This document shows positions 48,570 through 61,611 of a stretch of DNA of 64,000 nt, piece by piece. The position numbers were made by a program, and so were the translations under genes. The stretch is from an uncultured Gammaproteobacteria bacterium. Its GTDB lineage: Bacteria; Pseudomonadota; Gammaproteobacteria; DRLM01. The first letter of the stretch is position 1. Each line of letters opens with the position of its first letter. The notes beneath the pieces are model-generated. The model made no database searches. It was given only the letters and a program-made list of their open reading frames with translations, and had not been told where the DNA came from. The stretch spans positions 288,001-352,000 of the forward strand of contig CAVSNY010000002.1 in assembly GCA_963729605.1 (NCBI GenBank). The letters run 5' to 3'.

Positions 48570-49757
48570 ATGGACGCGTTTAAATCCGGTGGTGACGTAC
48601 TGTTTATCTTGATGGGCGCGGTCATGGTGCTGGCCATGCACGCCGGTTTCGCCTTTTTGGAGGTGGGCACGGTGCGCAAGAAGAACCAGGTCAACGCGCT
48701 GGTGAAGATCATCGCCGACTTCGCCGTATCGACCCTGGCGTATTTTTTTATCGGTTATGGCGTCGCCTACGGAGTCTCGTTTTTGACCGGCGCGCCCTCG
48801 CTGGTGGAGAAGAGCGGTTATGACCTGGTGAAGTTCTTTTTCCTGCTGACCTTCGCCGCCGCCATCCCCGCGATCATCTCCGGCGGCATCGCCGAGCGCG
48901 CCAAGTTTTACCCGCAGTTGGGCGCCACCGCGGCGCTGGTGGGGCTGGTCTATCCCTTTTTCGAAGGCATCGCCTGGAACGGCAACTTCGGGATTCAGGA
49001 TTGGCTCGAGGCGCAATTCGGCGCGCGTTTCCACGACTTCGCCGGCTCGGTGGTGGTGCATGCGATGGGCGGCTGGCTGGGTCTGGTGGCGGTGCTGTTG
49101 CTGGGCGCACGCCATGGCCGTTACGGCAAGGACGGGCAGATGTCGGCCCATCCGCCGTCGAGCATTCCTTTCCTGGCCTTGGGGGCGTGGATACTCACCG
49201 TGGGCTGGTTCGGCTTCAACGTGATGTCGGCGCAGAGTGTCGAAGCGGTCAATGGACTGGTGGCCATCAATTCGCTCATGGCGATGGCGGGTGGCGTGCT
49301 GGCGGCCTTGGTGGTCGGGCGCAACGATCCGGGCTTCGTCCACAACGGGCCGCTGGCCGGCCTGGTGGCGATCTGCGCCGGTTCCGATTTGATGCACCCG
49401 GTGGGGGCCTTGGTGACCGGCGCGGTGGCGGGCGCCTTGTTCGTGTGGACCTTCACCTTGACCCAGAATAAATGGAAGATCGACGACGTGTTGGGCGTGT
49501 GGCCGCTGCACGGCTTGTGCGGGGTGTGGGGTGGCATCGCCGCCGGCATCTTCGGCGGAACGGCCTTGGGCGGAATAGGCGGCGTGAGTCTGACGGTGCA
49601 GTTGATCGGCACGCTGCTGGGCGTGACGGTTGCGCTGATCGGCGGCCTGCTGGTGTATGGCGCTTTCAAATTCGCCTGCGGTTTGCGGCTCACCCAGGAA
49701 GAGGAATATCAGGGGGCCGATTTGAGCATTCACAAGATCGGTTCGGAACCGCACTGA
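48570..49757 (+). CDS. amt: Ammonium transporter
   Basis: MHAGFAFLE, DFAGSVVVH, GWFGFN and IDDVLGVWPLHG motifs. Confidence 0.93.
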   Translation: MDAFKSGGDVLFILMGAVMVLAMHAGFAFLEVGTVRKKNQVNALVKIIADFAVSTLAYFFIGYGVAYGVSFLTGAPSLVEKSGYDLVKFFFLLTFAAAIPAIISGGIAERAKFYPQLGATAALVGLVYPFFEGIAWNGNFGIQDWLEAQFGARFHDFAGSVVVHAMGGWLGLVAVLLLGARHGRYGKDGQMSAHPPSSIPFLALGAWILTVGWFGFNVMSAQSVEAVNGLVAINSLMAMAGGVLAALVVGRNDPGFVHNGPLAGLVAICAGSDLMHPVGALVTGAVAGALFVWTFTLTQNKWKIDDVLGVWPLHGLCGVWGGIAAGIFGGTALGGIGGVSLTVQLIGTLLGVTVALIGGLLVYGAFKFACGLRLTQEEEYQGADLSIHKIGSEPH

Positions 49758-49872
49758 TGCAGGTGGCTGACCGATGAGCCGCCCGGGCGCGCGATCCGCC
49801 CGGGGTTGGCCACGTGGAAATTCGGCGTAAAAAGTAGTAGGGTAGGGCCCCTTTTCCGCTGGGCTTTCGGCG

Positions 49873-51237
49873 ATGGCCACGACGCTTTATATCAAAACCT
49901 ACGGTTGCCAGATGAACGAGTACGACTCCGCCAAAATGGCGGACGTGCTGGCGGCGTCCCATGGTTTGAAAGTGGTGGCCACCGCCGAGGAGGCGGACGT
50001 GCTGCTGCTCAACACCTGCTCGGTGCGCGAGAAGGCCGAGGAGAAGGTGTTTTCCCTGCTCGGCAAATGGCGGGAGTTGAAAGAGCTGCGGCCGGGCCTG
50101 GTGATCGGGGTCGGCGGCTGCGTAGCCAGCCAGGAGGGCGACAACATCCGCCGCCGCGCGCCTTACGTGGATATGGTGTTCGGTCCGCAGACCCTGCACC
50201 GCCTGCCGCAGATGCTGACGCAAGTGCAAACCGAGCGCCGCCCGGCGGTGGACATCAGCTTTCCCGAGATCGAAAAATTCGATTACCTGCCCGCCCCGCG
50301 CGCCGAAGGTCCCACCGCCTTCGTCTCGATCATGGAAGGTTGCAGCAAGTACTGCACCTTCTGCGTCGTGCCCTACACCCGCGGCGAAGAGGTGAGCCGG
50401 CCCTTCGACGATGTGATCGCCGAAGTCGCCGAGCTTGCCGAGCAGGGCGTGCGGGAAGTCACCTTGCTGGGGCAGAACGTCAATGCCTATCGCGGGCCCA
50501 TGCACGACGGCGCCGAGGCCGACCTGGCGCTTTTGCTCAACTACCTCGCCGCCATCGACGGCATCGAGCGCCTCCGCTTCACCACCTCCCATCCGGTGGA
50601 ATTCTCCGAGCGGCTGATTCAGGCCTACGCCGAGATCCCGCAACTGGTGAGTCATCTCCATCTGCCGGTGCAGAGCGGCTCGGACCGGATCTTGGCGGCG
50701 ATGAAGCGCGGCCACACCGCGCTCGAATACAAGGCCAAGATCCGCAAGCTGCGTACCTTGCGCCCGGACCTGTGCCTGACCTCCGATTTCATCATCGGCT
50801 TCCCCGGTGAGACCGACGCCGATTTCCAGGCCACGATGAATCTCATCGAAGAGATCGGTTTCGATAATTCCTTCAGCTTCATTTACAGCCCGCGCCCCGG
50901 CACTCCGGCCGCCAGCTTTGCCGACGACGTGCCGATGGAGATCAAAAAGCATCGTTTGGCGATCTTGCAGCAGCGCATCCGCGAGATGACCGACGCCACC
51001 AGCCAGGCCATGGTCGGCGGCGTGGAGCGGGTGCTGGTGGAAGGGCCGTCCCGTAAAAATCCCCACGAGTTGTGCGGCCGTACCGAAAACAACCGCATGG
51101 TGAACTTCACCGGCGACCCCCGCTGGGTGGGCCGGTTCGTGTCCTTGCGGATCACCCAGGCCATGCCCAATTCCTTGCGGGGAGAATACCTTGCCACGGC
51201 CGAGCCCCGCGCCGACGGGCGAATGGCCCATGCGTGA
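49873..51237 (+). CDS. miaB: tRNA methylthiotransferase MiaB
   Basis: [11 protein letters not shown], radical SAM motif [12 protein letters not shown] domain. Confidence 0.97.
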   Translation: MATTLYIKTYGCQMNEYDSAKMADVLAASHGLKVVATAEEADVLLLNTCSVREKAEEKVFSLLGKWRELKELRPGLVIGVGGCVASQEGDNIRRRAPYVDMVFGPQTLHRLPQMLTQVQTERRPAVDISFPEIEKFDYLPAPRAEGPTAFVSIMEGCSKYCTFCVVPYTRGEEVSRPFDDVIAEVAELAEQGVREVTLLGQNVNAYRGPMHDGAEADLALLLNYLAAIDGIERLRFTTSHPVEFSERLIQAYAEIPQLVSHLHLPVQSGSDRILAAMKRGHTALEYKAKIRKLRTLRPDLCLTSDFIIGFPGETDADFQATMNLIEEIGFDNSFSFIYSPRPGTPAASFADDVPMEIKKHRLAILQQRIREMTDATSQAMVGGVERVLVEGPSRKNPHELCGRTENNRMVNFTGDPRWVGRFVSLRITQAMPNSLRGEYLATAEPRADGRMAHA

Positions 51238-51321
51238 GCCGGGCGGCGGGCCGGCCCCGGCGTTGCGCCGGGAGCGGTTTTCGACTATCTTAACGCTTAA
51301 GTCACTATTTCCATTTCAAAT

Positions 51322-52323
51322 TTGAACGTTCACGCCGACTCCGTAGATTTCACCCTCGAACCCGCTGACAACGAGCGCCTCGCCAACTTGTGCGGGCAAT
51401 TCGACGAACACTTGCGTCAAGTCGAAGGCCGGCTGGGCGTGGAAGTCAGTAATCGGGGCAACCGTTTTCGCGTCATCGGCGATGCCGGTTCGGCGCGCGC
51501 GGCCGGCGAGGTGTTGAAAGACCTCTACTCCGAAACCGCCAAAACCCGTTTGACGCCGGCCCGCGTTCACCTTGCCTTGCAGCACGCGGGTGTCGAGAGC
51601 GCGCCGGTGCGGCTGGTGTCGGACAAAAACGAAGCGGTGGGCATCGCCACCCGGCGCGGCATCGTCAGCGGCCGCGGTCCCAATCAGCAGCGTTATCTGC
51701 AAAGCATCGCCAAATACGACATCAGTTTCGGCGTCGGCCCGGCCGGTACCGGCAAGACCTATCTCGCCGTGGCCGCCGCGGTGCAGGCGTTGGATCAAGA
51801 CAAGGTGAGCCGCCTGATCCTGACCCGCCCCGCGGTGGAGGCCGGCGAGCGGCTGGGTTTTCTGCCCGGCGACCTGGTGCAGAAGATCGATCCCTATTTG
51901 CGCCCTTTGTACGACGCGCTGTACGAGATGCTGGGCTTCGAGCGGGTCGCCAAGTTGATGGAGCGCCACGTCATCGAAATCGCGCCGCTGGCCTATATGC
52001 GCGGCCGCACCCTCAACGACGCCTTCATCATCCTCGACGAGGCGCAGAACACCACCGTCGAGCAGATGAAGATGTTCCTCACCCGCATCGGCTTCGGCTC
52101 CAAGGCGGTGATCACCGGCGACGTCACCCAGATCGATCTGCCGCGCGGCCGTCCTTCCGGCCTGCGCCATGTGGTGGAAGTGCTGAAAGACGTGGACGGG
52201 ATCAGCTTCACCTTCTTCAAGGCCGCCGACGTGGTGCGCCATCCGCTGGTGCAAAGCATCGTCACGGCTTATGAGTCCTTCGAGGAGCGCGAGGCCGACG
52301 CGACCGGCGAGCGCAAGCCATGA
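51322..52323 (+). CDS. ybeZ: PhoH family ATPase
   Basis: [25 protein letters not shown] and DEAQNTT motifs; start approximate. Confidence 0.95.
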   Translation: MNVHADSVDFTLEPADNERLANLCGQFDEHLRQVEGRLGVEVSNRGNRFRVIGDAGSARAAGEVLKDLYSETAKTRLTPARVHLALQHAGVESAPVRLVSDKNEAVGIATRRGIVSGRGPNQQRYLQSIAKYDISFGVGPAGTGKTYLAVAAAVQALDQDKVSRLILTRPAVEAGERLGFLPGDLVQKIDPYLRPLYDALYEMLGFERVAKLMERHVIEIAPLAYMRGRTLNDAFIILDEAQNTTVEQMKMFLTRIGFGSKAVITGDVTQIDLPRGRPSGLRHVVEVLKDVDGISFTFFKAADVVRHPLVQSIVTAYESFEEREADATGERKP

Positions 52324-52808
52324 ACCTCGTCGTCGATGTGCAATACGCTTTCGATGATGCCGTGGAAGACGCCCCGGCCATGCCCACGGCCGACCAGTTC
52401 GAGGCGTGGGCGGCGGCGGCCCTGGCCGGTCAACGCGAGGAAGCGGAGCTGAGCATCCGGGTGGTGGACGAGGCGGAGGGCAGTGAGCTCAACCAAACCT
52501 ATCGCCATCGCCCCGGCCCGACCAATGTCCTGTCTTTTCCGTTCGATAGCCCCGCCGAGTTCGAGATTCCGCTGCTGGGCGACGTGGTGATCTGCGCGCC
52601 GGTGGTGGCGCGCGAGGCCCGCGAACAGGGTAAACCCGCCCTGGCCCATTGGGCCCATATGACGGTGCATGGCACTTTGCACCTGCTGGGTTATGATCAT
52701 GAAACGCCCGCCGAGGCGGACGAGATGGAGCGCCTCGAGGCGCGCATCCTGGACGGCTTGGGTTATTCCGATCCTTACGCGGCGGAGCGCGCGGCGGCGC
52801 CGGCCTGA
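52320..52808 (+). CDS. ybeY: rRNA maturation RNase YbeY
   Basis: [11 protein letters not shown] and PTNVLSFP motifs. Confidence 0.96.
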   Translation: MNLVVDVQYAFDDAVEDAPAMPTADQFEAWAAAALAGQREEAELSIRVVDEAEGSELNQTYRHRPGPTNVLSFPFDSPAEFEIPLLGDVVICAPVVAREAREQGKPALAHWAHMTVHGTLHLLGYDHETPAEADEMERLEARILDGLGYSDPYAAERAAAPA

Positions 52809-53082
52809 ACCGCGGATAGAGTTTTTATTAATCCGGCTATTCAAATAGACCGGAACGATACGTTCCCTCTTTCAAGAGGGGCGGGGAGGGGGAACAAGTT
52901 CTCATGAGTCATTCATCCTTGCCCATATCCGTTTCTTTTAAAAAAGAAGGGGACGTAGGGCGTGGTCGTGCCGGACCGGTCTTATACGCCGTCAGGCGGC
53001 GGAGCGGAGTAATGTGGCGGCCGGCCCGCGTGAGCGACAGTATTTTTATCGAGTGGAATAAACAGCAGTGGCGTGGGGATTT

Positions 53083-53976
53083 ATGAGTGAAGAACGCACA
53101 AGTAACGGCGCATCGCCGCGTTCCTGGTTTGAACGTTTGAGTCTCGCCCTGCTGGGCGAACCCAAAGACCGCGAGCAGCTGGTGGCCTTGTTACGCGACG
53201 CCCAGCAGCGCGCGCTGCTCGACTCCGATGCCTTGGCGATGATCGAGGGCGTGTTGCAGGTGTCGGAGATGCAGGTGCGCGACATCATGGTGCCCCGCGC
53301 GCAGATGGTGATCGTCGAACGCGACGCCTCGCTCAAGGAAATCCTGCCGCTGGTCACCGAGTCGGCGCATTCGCGTTTCCCGGTCATCGGCGACAGCCGC
53401 GACGAAGTGGTGGGCATTTTCCTGGCCAAGGATTTGCTCGGCTACTTCGGGCCGGAGGGCGAACAGCGTTTCAATGTGCGCGACATCCTGCGTCCCGTCG
53501 TGTTCATCCCCGAAAGCAAGCGCCTCAACGTCCTGTTGAAGGAATTCCGCGCCAATCGCAACCACATGGCCATCGTGGTGGACGAATACGGCGGGGTGGC
53601 CGGCCTGGTGACCATCGAGGACGTGCTGGAGCAGATCGTCGGTGAGATCGTCGATGAACACGACATCGAAGAAGACACCTACATCAAACGCCACAACGAC
53701 AACGTCTTCGCCGTGAAGGCGCTCACGCCGGTCGAGGAATTCAACGAGTATTTCAAGAGCGACTTCAGCGACGAGGAATTCGACACCATCGGCGGCTTGG
53801 TGATGCATCGCTTCGGCCGCCTGCCGCGCCGCGGCGAAGTCATCAATCTCGACCGGTTTCGTTTCAAAGTGCTGAGCGCCGACAACCGCCGCATCCATCT
53901 GCTGCAAGTGACAGAGCGCCGCGCGCCCGGCACGCCGGGGACTGTGCCCGCGCAATCGGAATCTTCCGAACTTTAA
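53083..53976 (+). CDS. corC: Mg/Co transport protein CorC (CBS-CorC)
   Basis: HSRFPV, HMAIVVDEYGGVAGLVTIEDVLEQIVGEI motifs; conserved gene order. Confidence 0.95.
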   Translation: MSEERTSNGASPRSWFERLSLALLGEPKDREQLVALLRDAQQRALLDSDALAMIEGVLQVSEMQVRDIMVPRAQMVIVERDASLKEILPLVTESAHSRFPVIGDSRDEVVGIFLAKDLLGYFGPEGEQRFNVRDILRPVVFIPESKRLNVLLKEFRANRNHMAIVVDEYGGVAGLVTIEDVLEQIVGEIVDEHDIEEDTYIKRHNDNVFAVKALTPVEEFNEYFKSDFSDEEFDTIGGLVMHRFGRLPRRGEVINLDRFRFKVLSADNRRIHLLQVTERRAPGTPGTVPAQSESSEL

Positions 53977-54391
53977 ATTCAGCCTTGCGCGGTGGATGCG
54001 AGTTCCTCAGGCCGGATGCGGAGAATAATCCCCTCCTCCCGCAAGGATGCTGGCAGGGTCGGGGTGGGAGTAGAAGCAGACCGCCTCTTGCACTCTGCCT
54101 CCCGTTTCTTTCGCGGCGGAATGTAGGCGGTTATGAGTTTCTCCGGATATGAAACACGCAAACGCCGTGATTATTAATTCAGCCACACCGCGCCTCTCTC
54201 CTTCGCGGCTGATGAAAATGCAGCGAGGAGATATTATCAGCGGGGACGAGTCGATTTAATGAAAATATGTCTTCGACGTACTTCGCCGCTGCCTACGGAG
54301 AAGAGAGATTTCAATCAGCGTTACATTGTCGCCGGAGCTATGCTCGCCGGGTCCATCGTCATCACCAGTTTGCCTTGAAAGTGCGCCGCCC

Positions 54392-55942
54392 ATGAACGCT
54401 GTCACGCCCTCGCCCGGCCGGGGAATCGCCACGCTGTTGCACGCAGGATGGCGGGGTCATCTCCTCGCCCTGCTGGCGGGGGCGTTATTGCCCTTGGCCT
54501 TCGCGCCCTTCGATTTCATCTTCTTGGCGGTGTTGGCGCCCGCGTTGTTATTCGCCCTGTGGTTACAGGTCTCGCCAGGTCAGGCCTTCGCGCGCGGTTA
54601 TCTGTTCGGCGTGGGGATGTTCGGCGTCGGTGTCAGCTGGGTGTTCGTCAGTATGTACGAAAACGGCGGTGTCGGCTTGGCGATGTCGCTGTTCCTCACC
54701 GGCTTTTTCGTGCTGTTTTTGTCGCTGTTTCCCGCGCTGCTGGGCTACGGGCTCGGCCGGTTTTTGCCGTGGCGGCATCCCGCCGCGCAGCGGCTCAAAT
54801 TGCTGCTGTTGTTTCCCGCGGCCTGGGTCTTGTGGGAATGGGTGCGCGGCTGGTTCTTCACCGGCTTTCCGTGGCTGGTGCTGGGTTACAGTCAAATCGA
54901 CGGGCCGCTCGCCGGCGTCGCGCCGTTGCTGGGGGTATACGGCGTGTCGCTCGCCGCGGCCTTGAGCGCGGGGTGGCTGGTGTTGCTGCTGCGCGAGGGC
55001 CGGGTCTGGCGGGGTGTCGCCGCGGTGGGTTTATTGATGGTGTGGGGGGGCGCCGCGGCGCTCAATAATATGTCGTGGGTGCAGCCCATCGGCCAGCCGC
55101 TCAAGGTCACCTTGTTGCAGGGCAATATCCCGCAGGACATGAAATGGCTGTGGGATTTGCGCGATCCGACCCTCGAGCTGTACACCAATCTCACCCGCGC
55201 GAGCTGGGGCAGCGATCTGATCGTCTGGCCGGAGACGGCGGTGCCGGCGCTGTACGACGAGGTCGAGGATTTTTTCGACGGGCTCGCCGCCGAAGCCGAC
55301 CAGCACGGCAGCGCCTTGTTGATCGGCGTGATCTATCAAGAGCCCAATGAAGGGCCGTATTACAACAGCGTGGTCAGCGTGGGCGGCGCGACGCCGCGGC
55401 AGTTTTATCACAAGCGCCATCTCGTGCCCTTCACCGAATATCTGCCGTTGGAAAATGTGTTGGGCGGTTTGGTGAGGTTCATGCAAGTGCCCATGTCGGA
55501 TTTCAGTAAAGGCGAGAGCGCCGCGCCTTTGCGCGTGGCCGGCCAGCGCGTCGGAATTTCCATTTGCTACGAAGACGCCTTCGGCGAGGAAACCATCGAG
55601 GCCTTGCCCGAGGCGACCTTGCTGGTGAACGTGACCAACGATGCGTGGTTCGGCGACTCGATCGCCCCGCCGCAGCACTTGCAGATGGCGCGCATGCGCG
55701 CCCTGGAAGCGGGCCGGCCTTTATTGCGCGCCACCAACACCGGCCTGACCGCGGTGATGGACGAGCGCGGCCGTATGTCGTCGCAGGCGCCGCAGTTTGA
55801 GGTCTATGCCCTGCACGACACCGTGCAGCCCATGCAGGGCCTCACCCCCTACGGGCGTTTCGGCAATGCGCCGGTCGTGACGGCGGTGGTGATCTTCCTG
55901 ATTGGAGGCGGGCTCGTGGCGCGGCGGGTGAGAGAAATCTAA
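54392..55942 (+). CDS. lnt: Apolipoprotein N-acyltransferase
   Basis: TGFPW, QGNI, WPET, KRHLVPF.E, ICYE, TNDAWFG and RATNTG motifs. Confidence 0.95.
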   Translation: MNAVTPSPGRGIATLLHAGWRGHLLALLAGALLPLAFAPFDFIFLAVLAPALLFALWLQVSPGQAFARGYLFGVGMFGVGVSWVFVSMYENGGVGLAMSLFLTGFFVLFLSLFPALLGYGLGRFLPWRHPAAQRLKLLLLFPAAWVLWEWVRGWFFTGFPWLVLGYSQIDGPLAGVAPLLGVYGVSLAAALSAGWLVLLLREGRVWRGVAAVGLLMVWGGAAALNNMSWVQPIGQPLKVTLLQGNIPQDMKWLWDLRDPTLELYTNLTRASWGSDLIVWPETAVPALYDEVEDFFDGLAAEADQHGSALLIGVIYQEPNEGPYYNSVVSVGGATPRQFYHKRHLVPFTEYLPLENVLGGLVRFMQVPMSDFSKGESAAPLRVAGQRVGISICYEDAFGEETIEALPEATLLVNVTNDAWFGDSIAPPQHLQMARMRALEAGRPLLRATNTGLTAVMDERGRMSSQAPQFEVYALHDTVQPMQGLTPYGRFGNAPVVTAVVIFLIGGGLVARRVREI

Positions 55943-56032
55943 CATATGGAGAGGGCTCCGCCGTGGCGCGGCGCTCTCTCTTCTTCGCATCCATGCCGCG
56001 CCACCTCGCGTGGTGTCGTAGCCTAGAACCTT

Positions 56033-56070
56033 CCCTCACCCCAACCCCTCTCCCACGAGGGGAGAGGGGT
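56033..56070. repeat. CCCTCTCCC/GGGAGAGGG palindromic repeat
   Basis: ccctcaccccaacccctctccc-acgag-gggagaggggt; related inverted copy at 59812-59847. Confidence 0.7.
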
Positions 56071-56221
56071 AAAAATAATTGCACGGCCGTTACCACGGCG
56101 TCGTTACCACGGCGGGAGAGGGAAGGGCGATTTGAGATAGATTCTAGTCATGCCCTGTGGCGGGGCTGTTATAACTTTCCCATGATGCGCGACCGGCACG
56201 GCGCGTCTGCATGCGGCGTAA

Positions 56222-56770
56222 TTACATGCCGTGCCCCTCGTCACCCACCTGTCGTCCTTTGCGCACGAACCGCGACTCGTGACACTTGGGGCAGGGCGGG
56301 ATATGGCCGGTGCTGTGGAAGTGCAATAGTTCGCCGCAGTTCAGGCATTGCAGGCTGCCGACGGTGGTGATCTCGCCGCTGCGGTATTCGGTGGCGCGCT
56401 GGGCGTGTTGCGCCCATTGCAGCAAGGCCAGTTTGGTTTGGTCGGCGGCGGCGGTGAACATCTCCAGCAAACGGTCTTCGATCAGTTCCATGTCGAAGTG
56501 AAACCAGTCTTTGAATTCGTTGCCGGTCTCCGCCAGGTACTCGCCGGCGTCTTCCAGATCGCGGCGCAGGTAGGCGCCGATCAGTTCCGCCTCGTCGCGG
56601 GTCAGCTCGCCGAGTTCCACCGCGGTCTCCTTGGCCTTGTCGATGCTGGTCTTGAGCATGGGCACGGTCTTGTGCCCGGTCTGTTCCAGCAGGTCTTTGA
56701 CCCGTTCCATCATCCGGTTGTAGCCGTAGAGCAATTTTTCGCTTTGGCTGAGATGGGGGCGTGGCGTCAT
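56222..56770 (-). CDS. Zinc-ribbon protein (DUF1451-like)
   Basis: YL.RDL, ADQT, Y.SGEI..G.L.C..CG and IPPCPKC motifs. Confidence 0.85.
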   Translation of the reverse strand: MTPRPHLSQSEKLLYGYNRMMERVKDLLEQTGHKTVPMLKTSIDKAKETAVELGELTRDEAELIGAYLRRDLEDAGEYLAETGNEFKDWFHFDMELIEDRLLEMFTAAADQTKLALLQWAQHAQRATEYRSGEITTVGSLQCLNCGELLHFHSTGHIPPCPKCHESRFVRKGRQVGDEGHGM

Positions 56771-56926
56771 GGCGGCTCTTCCTATTGCGTGATAGGCCTG
56801 AGGCTAGTGTGGCCCAAATTCGGTCGGGTTTGAAGACGGCGCGGCGCGTTGGCGGGAACGGCGGCATGCAGCGTCCGACGCGAAGCGGTTTGGCGCGGCG
56901 ACGGTTGAAAGGCAAATTGGCCATGA

Positions 56927-59758
<2,832 letters not shown>

Positions 59759-59811
59759 TGGCCAGCAGAGGGAAATAGTAACCCGGCAATGAAATACATC
59801 GGGACAGCATG

Positions 59812-59847
59812 TCCCCTCTCCCGGCGGGAGAGGGCCAGGGAGAGGGG
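59812..59847. repeat. CCCTCTCCC/GGGAGAGGG palindromic repeat
   Basis: tcccctctccc-ggc-gggagaggg-ccagggagagggg. Confidence 0.7.
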
Positions 59848-59910
59848 AAGTCGATTCCGCTCACCCGAGTTTGATAACGGAAACAGTCAGTGATAATCGC
59901 ACCGCCAACA

Positions 59911-60417
59911 ATGACCGCTCCGCGACGGCCGGGCCTTTGCTTGCTGTTTGCCGCTTGTTTGTCCCTCTTGTCAGGCTGCGGTTTTCATCTGCGCGGCAGC
60001 GACCAAGGCGGCGCGCCGTTGCCGCCCATCGTCATCGCCGGCGAAGCGGGCGGTTTGCAGGGCGAGTTGCGCGCGCGGGTCCGCGCGGCGAGCGGCGACG
60101 TGGTGGCGACGGCCGCCGAGGCGCAGTGGGTGGTGCGGGTATTGAGTGAACGCAGCGAACGCCGGGTGCTGTCGGTAGGTTCCACCGGCAAAGTAGAAGA
60201 ATACGAAATTTATTACGCCGCCGATTTCACCATCGAAGACACCCAGGGCCAGGTCCGCGTCGGCCCCGAGACCTTGAGCCAGGTACGCAGCTACGGTTTC
60301 AGCGAAAGCGAAGTGCTGGGCAAAGACGCCGAACAGGAAACCCTGGTGAAAGACATGCGCCGCGAAGCCGCCTGGCAGATCGTGCAGCGCTTGCGTTCCT
60401 TGACCTCGCCGCCATGA
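59911..60417 (+). CDS. lptE: LPS assembly lipoprotein LptE
   Basis: Lipobox LSGC followed by GFHLRG; lies between leuS and holA. Confidence 0.92.
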   Translation: MTAPRRPGLCLLFAACLSLLSGCGFHLRGSDQGGAPLPPIVIAGEAGGLQGELRARVRAASGDVVATAAEAQWVVRVLSERSERRVLSVGSTGKVEEYEIYYAADFTIEDTQGQVRVGPETLSQVRSYGFSESEVLGKDAEQETLVKDMRREAAWQIVQRLRSLTSPP

Positions 60418-61454
60418 AGCTGCGTCCCGACCAGCTCGCCGCCCATCTCAACAAAGGCCTCGCGCCGCTGTACCTGGTCACCGGCGATGAACCGCTGCTG
60501 GTGGCCGAGTCCTGCGACGCCATCCGCGCGAAGGCCCGCGCCGCCGGATGCAGCGAACGCCTGGTGTTCAACGTGGAGAGCGGCTTCGATTGGAGCGGTC
60601 TGCTGGAGGCGCGCGATAACCTGTCGCTGTTCGCCGAACAACGTTTGATCGAATTGCGCCTGCCCGGCGGCAAACCCGGCGACGCCGGTTCCAAAGTATT
60701 GATGGAATATGTCTCCCGTCTGCCGCAAGGCGATGTGCTGCTGGTGATCAGCGGCAAACTCGACAAAGACAGTCAACGCACCAAGTGGTTCGGCGCCCTC
60801 GAACAGGCCGGCGTGGTGATACAAATCTGGCCGGTGGAGAGCGGCGCGCTGCCGGGTTGGATCACTGCGCGGATGCGCGCCAAAGGATTGCAGCCCAGCA
60901 CGGAAGCGGCGGCGCTGCTCGCCGAACGTGTCGAAGGCAACCTGCTGGCCTGCGCGCAGGAGATCGAAAAACTCGCCTTGCTGCACGGCAGCGGTCCGGT
61001 GGCGGTGGATGAGGTGGCCGCGGCGGTGGCCGACAGCGCGCGCTACAGCGTCTACGACTTGGCCGACCGCGCCCTCGCCGGCGACGCGGCCGCCTGCGTG
61101 CGGGTGTTGCACGGCTTGCGCGGCGAAGGCGAAGAGCCGGTCTTGATATTGTGGGCGCTCACCCGCGAGATCCGCACCTTGACGCAAATGCGCGCCGCGC
61201 TCGCCCAGGGCCAAGCCGCCGACCGCGTGTTCGCCGACTTCAAAATATGGGACAAGCGCCAACCGCTAGTGCGCGCCGCGTTGAAGCGCCATCCGCTTGC
61301 CGCATGTCAGGCCCTGTTGAGTCAGGCCGGCAACATGGATCGCCTGATCAAAGGCGCGGCGGCGGGCCATGTGTGGGATGAATTGTTGCAGTTGACCTTG
61401 GCGCTGGCGGGGGTGGACGTGATCAAGCGGGGTGGGGCGCAAGCCGCGGGGTGA
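60414..61454 (+). CDS. holA: DNA polymerase III subunit delta
   Basis: YLVTGDEPLL, SLFA and EGNLLA..QEIEKL motifs. Confidence 0.95.
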   Translation: MKLRPDQLAAHLNKGLAPLYLVTGDEPLLVAESCDAIRAKARAAGCSERLVFNVESGFDWSGLLEARDNLSLFAEQRLIELRLPGGKPGDAGSKVLMEYVSRLPQGDVLLVISGKLDKDSQRTKWFGALEQAGVVIQIWPVESGALPGWITARMRAKGLQPSTEAAALLAERVEGNLLACAQEIEKLALLHGSGPVAVDEVAAAVADSARYSVYDLADRALAGDAAACVRVLHGLRGEGEEPVLILWALTREIRTLTQMRAALAQGQAADRVFADFKIWDKRQPLVRAALKRHPLAACQALLSQAGNMDRLIKGAAAGHVWDELLQLTLALAGVDVIKRGGAQAAG

Positions 61455-61611
61455 GAGTCTTGCCAGCGAGACGGCCGATATAACATGGCTGGCGCGGCTC
61501 AACCTACATCGACCTGACAGTGTTCAACGACGCCTTGGGAATTTGCCCGCCGCCTCGATTTGGTAATACACTCGCGACGCGAATCGCCGTCTATTCCCAG
61601 TAGTTTTTTCC

